Source: Paramecium tetraurelia
Lineage: Eukaryota
Length of the DNA: 56,222 nt
Direction of reading: 5' to 3'
NCBI GenBank assembly: GCA_000165425.1
Contig: CT867991.1
Location: 248,001 to 304,222, forward strand
A program made the position numbers and the translations under genes. Positions 39,500 to 53,499 of the stretch are shown in pieces (positions within the stretch are counted from its first letter, which is position 1; the number at the start of each line of letters is the position of its first letter). The notes beneath the pieces are model-generated. The model was not told where the DNA came from. It saw only the letters and a program-made list of their open reading frames with translations, and did not search any database.

Positions 39500-40370
39500 T
39501 ATTTTTATACTTCTCATATTGCCCGAATAAATAAAATTTATACTATAAAGGATGAAATTCCTTAATTTATTTTTAACTATATAAACTATAAGCAGTTCTT
39601 CTTCAGGAGATAAATTATTACTCTTTAATTTTTTACATTTCTCTATGATGTTCACGTATTAATTTTTCTCCCATAGATCAAATAATTTATAATTTTTTTC
39701 TATAAAATTCTTGGCCTCGAGAAATCTCTTTTCTTAATCATCTTTAATAATTTTTTATGTTTCTCAATCTACTAAATTTATTCAATTTGAAGGTTCTTTT
39801 ATAAACTGTCTCTTGTTAAATCTTAATATTTTCTATATCAAATTCAAACTTTGCTTTTTCTTTAATTTAATATACATTAGGAGCAATAAATTACTGTTAG
39901 TTTTAAATATTTTAAACTTTCTAATCCATTGAATTAATTGCAGTGATTTATGATAAAACATTTTAATTAAAACTTTCAGCCAGATTTTTATCTTCCAATT
40001 TTTCTTGTTTCAAATGGATGTTCTTAACTCAAGCAATTTTCTTTATACCATTAATGTAGTCTTTAAACTCATTCAAATCAGGTTCTAGCTAATTCAAAAT
40101 ATTCATAGCATTGTTTTTCTCTTTTGCCAACATTTCACCTGTATCCTTTTATGAGCCTAAATCATAATGAATGCTATTTGACAAATTGATCTACAAGATA
40201 ACCTTATTCCTACATATTATAACCATAGGGGGTTTTTTTTACCCTTTAAAATGCTCATTGACAATCCTTAACGAATATAATAAATTGATAAAATTTTGCT
40301 AATTTTCATCTACATAAAATTAGGTTTGGACTTGATTTTTGATCTATGTTTACATTTACTTTAGTTACAT
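39500..40370 (-). pseudogene. Probable decayed coiled-coil gene
   Basis: Coding-like stretch (GEMLAKEKNNAMNILNQLEPDLNEFKDYINGIKKIA*VKNIHLKQEKLEDK...) with an in-frame TGA and apparent frameshifts not explained by GT-AG introns. Boundaries approximate. Confidence 0.5.
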
Positions 40371-40499
40371 TCTTTGATATTATTAATATTAGACTAGAAC
40401 ATTGTTTAAAATATTCATTAATAGAATAAAATATAATTCTATTGCAACAATTCCAATGGATAAAAACCTTATAACTGCTTCAGAAATACTACTTGTTCA

Positions 40500-41480
40500 C
40501 CCCCATCTTAAAATAATAAATTATGGCATTTAAAAGAAAACATCCAAATAAAAGAAATCGTTTATATCAAAATAATATGTAAAACAATTTAACATTATCA
40601 AGAAAATAAAACTTTAATCTTATTATTTACAATAAATATAGCAGTTTTCAATAAATCATAATTTTATGGAATAAGATTGAATCATGGATAGGTATAAATA
40701 TTTTAATTAATTTTTAGTCTATTTTCTTTAATATAATTAATTAAAAGATTATATTCAAGTTGAAGAATATTTGATGAGGAGTGGACAAAGCATGATTGTT
40801 AAATAAAATAACACTTATTCCTTCCTCTAAAATTTTTATTAACTTCTTTCTTTTGAGAGAGAATTAACATGATAATAAAATAGAAAATCAAAATTCTAAA
40901 GCTTACTGACAATACCTGTTATAATTAAGGCATTTTTAGACATCTCAAAGGAACTATTTTTAAATTTAATAGAAACATTATGCAAATTAATTAATTAAAT
41001 AAATTAATTAAACAATTCTTATTGAAATTTGATATTGAAAAACAAGTTTTTCTCAGTTTTGCACTCGATTATTGTTAAAGCAAAAGATTGCCAATTAGAG
41101 AGAAATCGACTTAATTGCTTTTGCGATAGTAAATAAATCCATTGAAAATGATAAAGGATACATATAATACCCAAGAATTAAGGTCTATTTGGTTAGTTAA
41201 ATTTTTATGCAATTTAAGATGGAGAGGTAATGTGAGGATTCTAATTTAGAATTAGAAAAATTTTAAGCAAAATTAGTTTCCTAAATATTTTAATAATCAA
41301 GATTAATAAATATGTAAGGGAGACGAATAAAATGATTGAGACAATTAAGTGATCTAAGTCGAAATCATAACCAAATTATATAGAAGCATTAGACTGATAA
41401 AAGTAATAGAAAATAATACTCTATGGTTAATCGAGTAAATCTTATTGAGATTGACTTGTAATATAAACATAACACTGTAC
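40500..41480 (+). pseudogene. Probable decayed TPR-type gene remnant
   Basis: Fragmentary TPR-like peptide AFAIVNKSIENDKGYIQYPRIK within a long region lacking any continuous code-6 ORF. Confidence 0.35.
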
Positions 41481-41602
41481 TAATTTAATCAAATAAACTT
41501 CATTTGAGTAACCTATTTTGATATCTTAGTCTCCATATTTATATAATCACCCAAAATTCCATGAATTATTAATTTTTTAATATCTATTTTATATAATATA
41601 TA

Positions 41603-44600
41603 ATGTTGAGCCTCTTGTTGATAGAAGCAGCTGTATTTTTATCAAGTTCCTAATCTATTATAAAGAGTGAGGACCCAAATTCAATGAAATAAAGTATACC
41701 CTTTAATTGATGATAGGCTGGAATATATCTTAAGGAATTAACTCAATCAGTACTCATAATTACATTTCTTACTTTGGAGGCTAAGATCATTTTAATGGTA
41801 CTACAATCCTTTAAAATTTATACAATCTATAACATCCCCATTACTCAGTTCAAGTAGATATCGAAATGATTATCAATGAAAAAATAAAATATGTAATTGT
41901 ATAATTAGATGATAAAAATAATACTTACACGAGTAATTAATCAGCGATCGAGTTAATCAATTTTCAATTTACATTTGAGCATCATTCTCAAATGGCTTGT
42001 ATTAGAATTTCTACATAATCTTCAGAAGTTTAATCTTGGTGGGGAATCAGTTAATTTACTATTTCAACATTTAATTGTTCTTAAAATGTTTAGTATTGTT
42101 AAACCAATTAAAATTAAAATATGCGTTGGAAACTTCTTTATGATGAGTTCAAAGTTGAATTAAGTGAAATAGATCATCGATATTATAAAATTTTTACATT
42201 AGGATGCTAGTGTACTTATTAAAATATTTATTTTCTAGATTTAAAATTTTTTTCTTCGGAATAGGACTCAAAAATGTTATTTGATTATTAATTACAAGTA
42301 AAAAGCTCGATTCTAGTGAAAATTAGATTTAAATTAATGACTCTAACAACAGCATCATTTAAAGTACTTGTAGATGGGAACATTAAATTAGAATTTAATT
42401 ATTATTAAGTCAATAGTTATTTTCTCTATTATTGTTATGGTGATTATTTTATATATTAAATCGAAATAGATACTAATATTTATAATTAGGATTAGCTATA
42501 GCTACAAATAAATTTTGATTTTAATCGTTGGGTTAATATAATTGATTTTAGAGTTTATCACATTTAAGCAGAGACTTGGTAATAACCTAAGGCTATTTTT
42601 GGATGTTTGCATGCTCTTTATGATTAATGTTTAATGTGTTAAGAAGGCTGGATTTATTATCCTATTATTAAATCCTGTTAGATGAATTTAGGTGATGAAA
42701 ATCGAGATTTAGTTGTATTTTAGGATGATCATCAATCAGAATATTCTGGTAATATCACTCAGATCTAAAGCATACCTATTTTGGATTAATAAACAAGTTT
42801 ATATTTGATATCTGAATTAATAGGATATAAGGAAGGTGGAAATATTATAAATATTTTATCAATTTGTGGGGACGGAGTAGTTGGAATGACTGAAGAATGT
42901 GATGATTCTAATTAATTTTAGTTTGATGGATGTTTTAATTGTTAATTTTCTTGTCCTTTGAATTGCTAATAATGTAATTATGGTAAATGTGTAACATGTG
43001 ATTTGGGTTATGAATTAAATAAATATTAATGTACACCTATTTGTGGGGATCAATTAATACAACAATATGAGATATGTGATGATGGAAATTAAATTAAATT
43101 TGATGGGTGTCATAAATGTCAAAATAATTGTTAATTAGAATGCTATAATTGTATATCTACCTATTGTGTGGAATGTTATGAAGGTTGGAATTTAATAGAT
43201 GGTAAATGTGAATAGATGTGTGGTGATGAATAAGTTGCATTTATGTCATATGAATAATGTGATAATCATAATGATAATAATTGTGTTAACTGTTCATTAA
43301 AATGTGAATATAATTGTTAGGTATGTCTATCATCATAGCAATGTGTCATTTGTTCATATTCCTATTAATTAATAGATGGTACTTGTCAATCAGTTTGTGG
43401 TGATGGTATAGTAAACAAAGAATTTGAAGATTGTGATGATGAAAATAATATTATGTATGATGGTTGTTTTGAATGCTCATTACAATGCTCTCTTGGATGT
43501 ATTTTATGTGAAGAAGATAATTATTGTAAGAAGTGTGATTCATAATTCTATAAACTTGACCTAACTACTCATTTATGTGAAATTGTTCTAAAATAAGATG
43601 CAGTAGATAATAATTAAAATAATGATAATTAAGATTAAGAAAATTAAAACAATAATTTGCATTGTAATTATAATTATATATATGTTGATGGTCAATGTAT
43701 TAATTAATGTGGAAATGCTAGGTTTTAAAATTAATATGAATAATGTGACGATGGTAATACAATAGGAGGAGATGGATGTTCTCAATCTTGTACTATAGAA
43801 AACTAATTTGTTTGTGAAACAATTGAGTATTAACAAAGTGAATGTCTTTTTTTAAAACCTCCTGATTTCTATTTAAATATGATATCGGATAGAAAAAACC
43901 AAACATAAACCGTTGAATTAACTTTCACCCAATAAGTTAGACTTAAAATTGAAATGGATTTCGAGGAATGGGCTTAAATTGCCATTCTTCCTGAAACTGA
44001 TTTCCTTGTAAACGTTATTCCAATTACTAATTTAACATCCTTGCTTGGTTTTCCACAGTATCAAATAAATATAATATTTAAAAAGCCAGTTAATGATCCA
44101 ATATTCTAAATTACTATATACAAATCTAGCATTTCAAGTGAAGATAACCAAGAACCTTAAAATTCAGTAAAAATGATTAATCTTGGATAACCTTTTGTTT
44201 TACCAGAGTCAATAAAGTAATAAGTAATGTAGGTTTCTCAAATGAATGATGCCATGATGTATTCGATGATGTCAATTTCCACTTTAGCCCTTGCAACAGG
44301 AAATGCAATTCTTTTTTTCAATATGCTAGATTTATTGCAATCATTATCATACATTAGATTTATGCAATACTAATTTCCTCCTCATTTACAATAGTTTCTT
44401 GATACTTATACCAAAGTTTCTCTAAAACCCATCTTGGATTATTTTTAAGTAGATTCCCTAATAGCCAAATTGAATGGAGGATCTCTCCCATATTAAAGTA
44501 GTAGAAGTTCAACAAGTACTCCATCAATTAATACCTTAAATTGTTATTATATAATGAATGCAAAAAGTTGCTTTTTTTCATTAGCAGCATCATTAATGAC

Positions 44601-45459
44601 TTATTTTCTTAGTATTTTAGTTAGTAATGCATAAGTTAATAACTGTGTACAAAAATATTTTAATAAATACTTTTATAATTTCAAATTCTTAAAATTATTA
44701 ACAAAATTTTAGAGGGATGTTCAACTTAAATGTTTAAAATTGAAAAATTAATACTTCTCAACTGGAATTTATTAAGTTTATTTTGCTGCACTTCATTAAC
44801 TCTGCTTTAGCACTTTTTTATAATTTCCAGAGTACTCAGCGAATTCAATATTTGAAATTTTTAATTCAACTAGTGCTATTATTAGTTGTATTGTAATTAT
44901 ATTTATTTCTTTCAAATCATTTGCGATAACATCAGCAATTATTAAAGATACTCAGAAATGGAAATATTTTTATGTAGAATCAAAGGATTCATTTTGGGCT
45001 ATAAACATTAAATCATTTTAAATTTACAGGATTTAATTTTATATATTTGTAATAGTCTTTTTGATCAACTATCCAGAAGCATAATCAGTATCATTATCAA
45101 CTTTTTCGCTTTTTTATTTGTTTTTCTTACTTAAATTCAGACCTCTCAAGTCTTAATATGATTTAACCAAACTCATAATAAAGGAAATACTATTCTCATT
45201 AATCATTGGATCCTTTCTTGTCTATAGTTACAATTTGGATAATAATCTGAATTTACTTTTTGGATGGATACATATAGGAATGTTTTCATTAATGTTGGCT
45301 TCCAATCTTGTAATTGATATAGTAGAATCAGTCTAAAAAGTTTATAAAAATTACCTCAAGAAAAAGATTAGAAAATAGCAGTAGGAGATCCATCTATTCA
45401 CAAATAATCCACTATAAAAATTTATATATTTGGAATACAATAAGAAATTCTAAAAATGA
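41603..45459 (+). CDS. Cysteine-rich membrane protein with DUF4215/Myxococcus Cys-rich repeats and multi-pass C-terminal TM region
   Basis: Signal peptide MLSLLLIEAAVFLSSS and a 23 nt intron at ~41694-41716. Five CG(D/N)G/Q..E.CDD.N..DGC repeats interleaved with CxxC furin-like motifs (42860-43830), followed by several hydrophobic helices (FFNMLDLLQSLSYIRFMQYQFPP..). Confidence 0.9.
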
Positions 45460-45819
45460 TCAATATTTTATATAATTTAATCACTCTCATAATTTTATTA
45501 ATTAATATAGATAATAATGTGATCACTATGTTAGGTTGTTTTTTAATACAACGTAGTTAATACTTTTTCAAATTGCATGTTGTGCTAACTCGTGTTTTCT
45601 GATCTAAAAACAATTACAATTCGTTGCAATTCAAAATATAATTAATATTTATATTAATTTATGAAAAAAGCACACAAATTCAATTCGTGTCGATTATCAT
45701 ATTTAGGGTGAACTAATTATTACAACTTTTAATCATAATTTATGTAATAACTTATTTCTATATAAAGTATTTAATTATTAATTGAATTAATCTTTGAGAA
45801 ATATTATAATAAAATTATT

Positions 45820-47595
45820 ATGGAGGTCTCATTTAAAAATTTATGTCCTATTCATAAAAGAGAAATCGTATTATTTAATTCGAAAGAAAATGATCATACA
45901 AAGAGGTATCAATGCCTCTAATGTTTCTCTGAAATTAATAAATAATTCCAATTAATTCCTGAAATTACTGGGATTTCTGAAAATTCGTAAATGATACAAC
46001 GCGATCAAGGGGAATATTGCTTAAATACTGCTTAGAATGATCAAAAATGGCTATTTTTAGCTAGTTCCTAAAATCATAAATGTATGGTCCATAGTTAAAA
46101 TTCTATAATTGTGAGCAAAAATAATTCTAACATCAAGAAGGAACTATGTCTTAATTGCATAGTGGAGCAAGAAGAAGGGTATTGTTAGATTTAAGATCTG
46201 ATAAATTATTTAAACAATAAGAAAAGGATAATACTTGATAATGCTTTAGAAATTTAAGAATACAATATAAATATTTTAAAAGAATTAAAAGACTTGTTAT
46301 TAAATTATAAAATTCAGATATAATAAAATATTAATAAATTCTTTGAGAACCTTGAATAACATGTCACTTTGATTGGTAATTCCTATATATATCAATCTGA
46401 GTTTATAAAGGGCATTTCATGCGATAATATTGATTTGATGATTAAATAATTAAGTAAAACCCAGGAAATTCAAACTAATTTTATAGATATAAAAGAAAAT
46501 ATTACTAGTAGCATATAGAAGTTGTAAGCAATGAAAGAAATCTAAGATTTATATGAATGTTTAAACAAATTATGTCTATAAAATAGAGGTAACATATTTG
46601 AATTTCTAAATTAATTTAAAAATGATGGGAAGGTTTAACTGAAAATACCTTAAATAAATTGCAAGAATGTTAATTCTTATTTTCAAAAGGATTGGTGTGA
46701 TACAATTGAATTTGATTAGAGTTCTACTAGAGTGATTCACGGTAGTTATACTCATATTAAATATTGTTAATTTAAAAAAGGGGAAATCAAATTCATTAAG
46801 AGTATTCATGGACATGAATGGATGGTAACATGTTTAAAGTTTATGTAAAAATCCGATACTTTTTTCTCAGGCGGAAGAGATAGTAAAATTAAACTATGGT
46901 CTAATATAGCAATGAACAACAAATATTTAGGAGTTTTGGCTGGCCATTCATAAATGATAAACTGTATTATTACAAATTAAGATGAAAGTTAACTTATTTC
47001 CAGTAGTGATGATTCACAAATAAAAGTTTGGTCTAAACTTCACAATTGGAAATGTATTTAAACTATCAGTAATCATAAAAGTTCTACTTACGGTTTAAGT
47101 CTAAGTGAATCAGGTAGAATAATGATTTCATGTGGAAAGGATGGAGTAATTTTGGTGTTGCATTAAGAAGATTAAGGATAAATATGGAAAGTTGTATAGA
47201 CAATTAAGGAAGAATGGGGAAGAAGAATAAGTTTTATTGGTGATAATCGTTTCACCTTCTAATCTTATTGCAAAGACTCTATGTGCATTTTTGATTTAAA
47301 TTAAGGTACTGGATAATTCATTAAGATAAAAGAAATTAATGTAGCAGGAGGAAAACAATGCAGTTAGTTCTTTAATTAATAATATGTTAAATCAAAATCA
47401 TTATTATTGAATAAAAATTGTATGCAACTGAATATTATGATCATAAAGGAGCAAGGAGATTGTCATAAAGTGTAAGCTTTATCATTTATTACTCACTTCG
47501 TTTATGGGATCATTAGTAATGATGGTGAATATCTAATTACTTGGAATTAAGGTTTATGCGAGATAACAATATGGAAATTAGATTACTTAGATTGA
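45820..47595 (+). CDS. WD40-repeat protein with N-terminal Cys/His zinc-binding motifs and coiled coil
   Basis: CPIH..CLQC and CMVH..CLNC, then a coiled coil, then HGHEWMVTCLKF..SGGRDSKIKLW, AGHSQMINCI..SSSDDSQIKVW and NHKSSTYGLSL..SCGKDG. Intronless. Confidence 0.9.
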
Positions 47596-48024
47596 TACTA
47601 TATACTTCATATATAACATTTTTATTTTTATGTTGAAAAAAATAATTCATTAATAAAATAGAAATATTATATATGAAATATTCAATCCCAATTTACATTA
47701 AAAAAAATTCTATTATAGAATAGTCATAATATTGTTTTTTTGTCATCATTAATTGTCCAGTGCCTATTCTATATTTGTAAGTCGTATTTTACTATTCGAA
47801 TATAGAGTGTTGTATTATTATTTTTATATCTATCATCAAAAGTACAAAAATAGTTGATTAGTTCCTTCAGATTCTTCATTAGTCAAATGAGGTAACTTGA
47901 GGATAAACAAATTTGTTGTTATTTAATTCAGTTTGCCATAAATAATTAGATAGAATTTTAGTAAATTGGGATATAAATTTGTCTTTGTTTATTCAGATTT
48001 CATAATATTTTAAATACCTTTAAT

Positions 48025-51000
48025 ATGGGGAATAATAAATCAAAACCAATTTAATAATAAGATGCTTATCAAGCACACTGGAGTAAAAATTAGGCATAAG
48101 AATTAAGGAACTTGCAAAAATAGGAAGAATCAATCTAAAATGCTAAAAAATAACAACTTGATAAAATGAAAGTTGAAACAGATTAAAAACTAATCTAAAT
48201 TAAGTAATAAGAGTAATAAATCCAAAAATTTGAAAAAGGATAACAAACAACATAATAACTAAGTTTTTCTCCTTAACAAATCAATTTAAAGATTCAAGTA
48301 TCTTTTAAAAAGCCACAATTATTAGAGGAATCATCTTAAGTCGATCTTAGTTAAAAGGAGGAGAAAAATAAAGAGAGTAAAGCTGTATTAACTTCAAATG
48401 TATCTTCTAATAATAATAAATGTATAATATAAAATAATCAATAAGAAATTTAATTATAATAAGTTTAGAAAGACTCTCAATAGCAAGATGAATATATTGG
48501 GTTAAAATAGGGTTAAAACATTATTTAATTTGACATTGATTAGTAGGTTGAATAAAATACAAAATTGTCGGATGAATAACAAATATAGTAAGAAGTTTAA
48601 TAGTAAAGTTCATAAAAGATGTAATAAGAAACCTAGCAATAAATAACTTAACATAATAATAGTTAAGGTCACGTAGACACAAATGCTAATGAAGAAGCTA
48701 TTTTGAAAAGGTGTTTTATGATCAACATGAAAGAGTTGAAAATTAGCAACCTCTATGCAAAATTTTTAGAAAAATTTTCAACAATCACTAGTGATATCAT
48801 TTTATGTGATATAATAAACTGTGTCCTATCTTCAGAATAATACATTTAGACTTAGAAAGTGACTTGGCTTGTCTTCGTTATCATAAATTTATCAGAATGT
48901 AAAGTTTTTGATGACAATGTTATCTTTAATGAAGGTTCAATATCAAAACAAGTTTGGACCAAATTAATAAATGCTGTTCTTGATAAACTTGTATCTGCTG
49001 TAGCGAAACCAGAAAAATTAGAATGGCTGGGAAGTAGAGAGGATGTAAACAGTTATACAAATTAAGAAAATACGAATGCATCTTAAGTTTATGACATGCT
49101 GTTTGGATAATAGAAATCCAAAAATTTTGAATTTTCATTTGAAAACTTAGATCATCCAGCTATATATTAATTACTAACATATCTTGATACCAAATCTCAA
49201 CAGAAAGATACTTAAAGATTTTTGGAATTAATTACTAAAAGAGAACTCAGCAAATGTTAATAAGTTAATTTATCTGATTGTGTAAATCAATAAAGAGCTT
49301 TGAAATTATTAGACAAATTATCATTTTATCCAAGAATTACAGAACTCTTATTTGAAGATAGTTGGGCTTATGGAAAATTCCAATAATACAAAAATGGTAG
49401 GGATCTATAAAAATATTCAATTTTTGGTTCAATTTTATGTTTGAGTACATTTCCAAGAGATTTTCCAGAAGTAAATAAGATTTTCTGTTCAGATTAAGGT
49501 TTACCAATTCTTATAGAATGCTATAGAAGACCAATTTATGAAATAATTAATTAGATGGCTGATATATTCCTAAGAATTATTAGAAGAGGAAAAAAATCTT
49601 AATTAGAATTATTCACTTATTTGGTTAAATTAATTGAAATCAATTTGGACATTGAAAAAGTGACTGAAAAAGAAAAATTTGATAAATGTTGTTATTAGGG
49701 CATGATGTTTAATTTATAACAGGTATTATTGGAGATCTTTAATCCTTTTATCTACAATACTAATTAAGCAAATGCGAAATTATCTAAAATTAACAAAGAT
49801 CTTCTTGCTTAAATTAAGAATTAGCCACTCCTAGCTAAAATTTATTCAAATGTCAAATAAATGGCCCCATTAAAAACTGAATTGATACAATTAGATAAAA
49901 CTCCTGAAATTGATCCTATGACATTTCTCTACTTGCTAATTTAAAAGATTAATTCTCTCCAACAACATATGATAATCGATTATGTCATATCATATGTAAT
50001 CTTGTAGTATGATAAAAGACATTTCGGATCATCTTCAAAATTAACTTAATAAAGCGAAATAGACAAGGCTAAATATGATGTATTATTGCTGAATCCTAGA
50101 AGTGTATAGAATACAATTCAATTTTTATCCTTTTAAAGCAAAGTAGCTTAAAGCTTGCTTGATGAAAATTATAAACCAAAATATCCTTATGGTTTATTAT
50201 CTAATTAATTCATGAATGATATATTCCATTACTGTTTCATATACAATTCTAATAACTTAGCTTTGGATTACTTAGATGAAGTAATTTCGATTTGTGAATT
50301 CACAATTATTACAATGAAATATCAAGAATTGATAGAAGACACTCACTTGAGAGTTTTAGGAATGCACTTATTTTATATTTTCAATGATTATGTTATTTAA
50401 TAGTAACATGGTAAAGCATCAGATAAGGCATTTAAAATATTTTCAGAAAATAAAGTCATTAAAGAATTTCTCATAGAGGGTCTTATTAAAGCATACGTTG
50501 ATTAAGATAAAGTTAAAGTCACCAATATCATCCCAACCTTTAGATTTAAATAAGCAGTTTCTCAATTATTTTCTTACATCTTGACAACACACAGCAATAT
50601 ATATAACAAAAAATTCGTAGACTACGTCTAATCTAACACTGACACTTATTCAAATTTTGCTTTAGCTTATATTAATGATATAAAAGAATTGCTTGACCAA
50701 TGTCTCTCTACTACCTAAAAACTAAAGTAAGAGGAAGATAGTGCATAAACTGTCCAAGTTCGTAACCCGACTTTGTAGGAACGCAAGGAAAAAATCCTGA
50801 AGTAACTATTTCTAGAAATTGCAGAAAAGAAATGTCTTGGAGATTGGAAGGGTTTTGAAGAATTATTTAAAAACATTGTTCTGTTTACTAAGATTGAACC
50901 AAAAGCATTCCTAATAGAAGAATCACGATAAACTTTTACAGAAAACCTGAATTATGTTGTAGTAAAGCTTAATGGTCCAGAAAACAATAACTGTTTGACC

Positions 51001-51604
51001 TCGAAATTTTTTACTAAGTACGATGTAAAGATTGAGCCAAGACATCTATCAAACTACATAGTAGATATATTTATAAATATCAAAAATCAATAGGAGTTTT
51101 GGGATGAACTAGCTATGAATAATTCGTAAGATAATGTATTGATTATTTTAGTACCTTATAACTTGAGATTTTACATTAGTTGGTGAATTAAATGGGCTAT
51201 TTAAAATTGAAAACTCAATATTAACTCTAAGAATTCTTATAAATTATAAATAGCCTATAGTAATTGAAGATCGATTATGATCAATTTTTCAGAGAACTCT
51301 AATAGGATCCCAATAGATAAAGAAGATTTATTGACAGTCTGACTCAAAATTTAATGACTGATCCAGTAATGTTACCAAATTCTAAAGTATAATTATTATT
51401 TGATAAATTTAGTAAATAGTAGATAGAGTAACAATTAAAAGACTCCTATTATAAAAAAAATAAGATCCTTTTGATAGATCCTATCTTAGTGTAGAGATGC
51501 TTATAGAGCAGAAAGAATTAAAATAAGAAATCAAATCTTTCATAAATGTTAAAATATAAGAATTAAGGTCAATTAGACATGGTTCTAAATAGCATCTCAA
51601 ATGA
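48025..51604 (+). CDS. Ufd2/UBE4-like U-box ubiquitin ligase with Q-rich, potentially myristoylated N-terminus
   Basis: C-terminal U-box FIDSLTQNLMTDPVMLPNSKQIVDRVTIKRLLLQKKQDPFDRSYL..ELKQEI. Ufd2-core-like helices (FALAYINDIKELLDQCL..KLKQEE; NLNYVVVKLNGP). Starts MGNNKSK. Confidence 0.85.
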
Positions 51605-52148
51605 TTTATTATAAAAATATCATCTAGATTTATTGATCCTATTTCTGAGTTACCAAATTGTTCATAACATCATTTTATTATTGATTACTTTCATAACATA
51701 TTAAAAACGATAATTCTAAATGCAAAAAATACAATTAACTGTTTATACACATCAGGAGTTGAATTAATTTGCGATAATATTTTTTGAATAACCTCAGAAT
51801 ATATATATTTTAATATGAGAAAGTATAAGTAAATATGTCCGAAATTTAGGATTAGATTTTTCATCATATTTTTATATTAATGTTATCCCATTATTCTTCG
51901 GTATCAAGAACATTATATAAGTGTGAGTCTTAACTTTTAACTGAGCTATCATTAAGTAAAAGCTTTTAAGTTCAATTTAAAATTTCATCAAAAAATAAAA
52001 ATGTTGTAATAAATTCAAAACTAATTTGAAAATATTACAAAAATATCTGAAATAAATATAGAATTAAACACTGTAAAGAAAATTATGGGATTTCTTCAAA
52101 AAATCAATTTTACATTTAATATTTACATAATCATCACATACAAATGAA

Positions 52149-53138
52149 TCAAAATTCAACTTTATAAATATAGAATTTTTATTGATCACAATCTGCTAAA
52201 AATAAATAGATCGCATCTTAACACATGCATGTAATATAATTTTTTACAAATTTATATGAAAAATCCTACAAAATAACATTTCCAGCCTCATTAAATTTAA
52301 GAAAACATAAAGTTGTATCCAACTTTTAAATAAGTATCGACTTTGATTTGACAAATTATATCTTTGATTAACAATCAAGATGAGAAGATCCACCATCCAA
52401 TTTAATTACAGAGGTTTAATAATATAAGGACTAGTCTGATAGCTAACTATATACTAACATAAAATCCTTCTCTTTTGGTTGTATGTAAAATTAAGTATTG
52501 CTGACATAAGATAGCCGTCCATTTGAAAATAATTGATTATCAATTTTTTGGGTTATTAACCAAAATTATCTTTTTTAGTCTTTAACTGCTACTATAACGT
52601 AATCATCAATCCCATATGAGATCAATTGATCTCCATTTTCATTCAAACTAAATCCTAAAAGAGGATTTGTATGTTAAATTAGATTTTAGTAACATCTCCA
52701 TATGTTATTTTTACTCCAAAACTTTATTTTTGAATTAACACTACTAGTAATCAAATCATCTTCTAAATTATTCATAGCAATACAAGAGATACAACCATGA
52801 TGTCCTTGCAACTAATACAAATAACGACTTTATCTCATATTAGACAGCTAAAATACTTTACACTTCCCAATTGAATTTCCAGTGATAAACATCCTTTATC
52901 CATTCATTGAAAATAAATTCGAGAAATGTCCTCCACTATCAAAGATACTTCCTATTATTCTAAGAGATGGTTATTTAAATTAAAAGACTTTGATTCTTCT
53001 TCCAATTTCCATCCATAGGATTGAATGCTTACTACTATAATGCAAATTGGTAACATGTTATGATCCTAATTTATAATCTCCTAATTCTATCAATTTGACT
53101 TTATCCTTTTTTGCCTTATCAATTTTTATTTGCTTCAT
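52149..53138 (-). CDS. WD40-repeat protein (propeller only), paralogous family to 45820-47595
   Basis: LQGHHGCISCIAMNNLEDDLITSSVNSKIKFWSKNNIWRCYQNLIQHTNPLLGFSLNENGDQLISYGID; intronless code-6 ORF of ~329 aa. Confidence 0.85.
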
Positions 53139-53499
53139 TCTAATTATATTAAATATAAAAAATAATTATATTATACTATAATCTTTGGAGATTTTTTAAA
53201 GTACACAATATAGGATCACAAATAATTGATTTCTACAATATTTACAATTTATGTTACAATATCATTACTTGATTTGTAAGAACAAACATTTTAACAATTA
53301 AATTAAGATTATAAAATGTACATTAATTAAATTTGGTTATGCAGCATTTAATTTGAAACTAGAAATACATATCTTAATTTAATCATGCTCTATAATATAA
53401 GAAAGATGAATGATAGTTTTGGACTCAGTTGCTACTTTTAATCTTTAAGAATCATATTTATTCATATTCTGTGATTTAAATTAATTATTATTTAGTTCT

